A stretch of DNA of 64,000 nucleotides, from NCBI RefSeq assembly GCF_013122565.1, contig NZ_CP053258.1. One strand, written 5' to 3'. A model generated the notes under the pieces. The model searched no databases and had not been told where the DNA came from. It saw only the letters and a program-made list of their open reading frames with translations. A program made the position numbers and the translations under genes. Position 1 is the stretch's first letter, and each line of letters begins with the position of its first letter. Origin of the DNA: Escherichia coli (GTDB taxonomy: Bacteria; Pseudomonadota; Gammaproteobacteria; Enterobacterales; Enterobacteriaceae). Shown piece by piece: positions 63,965-64,000 of the stretch.

Positions 63965-64000
63965 GCAAGCGAATCTTTCGTGCTATTCGAGTCATATTCT

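Overview
This window is an ordinary Escherichia coli core-chromosome segment. It is collinear with the K-12 MG1655 region from rsmF/letB down to topB (roughly 1.92 to 1.84 Mb by my recollection), read here in reverse orientation. Gene order: rsmF' - letB - letA - msrC - proQ - prc - htpX - yebQ - kdgR - yobH - mgrB - yebO - yobF - cspC - rlmA - mntP - yobD - manZYX - yoaE - pdeD - sdaA - nudL - pabB - yoaH - yoaC - yoaB - yoaA - tsaB - yeaY - fadD - rnd - yeaX' - dmlA - dmlR - leuE - yeaR - yoaG - yeaQ - yoaJ - yoaK - dgcP - yoaF - yeaO - nimT - nimR - yeaL - yoaI - yeaK - dgcJ - cdgI - yeaH - yeaG - mipA - yeaE - yeaD - gapA - msrB - yeaC - pncA - ansA - (SIMPL gene) - sppA - ydjA - selD - topB. 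Nearly every long ORF in the track is a protein I recognise. I read six small genes below the 60-aa track cutoff (mgrB, yobF, yoaH, yoaJ, yoaK, yoaI) directly from the DNA. I found no tRNA, rRNA, CRISPR array, IS element, integrase or prophage gene. I also found no convincing novel multi-gene system, and I would rather say so than invent one. The points most worth a second look are three differences from the K-12 gene order as I remember it. (1) yeaV and yeaW are missing and yeaX is cut to its ferredoxin half, with a 46-nt near-perfect palindrome exactly at the breakpoint that buries SD+ATG motifs on both strands. (2) A roughly 236-aa SIMPL/DUF541-like membrane or lipoprotein gene lies between sppA and ansA. 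(3) The ydjE-ydjL cluster is absent between yeaC and pncA, leaving a 160-bp spacer with a hairpin. All comparisons to K-12 are from memory and need an alignment to confirm.
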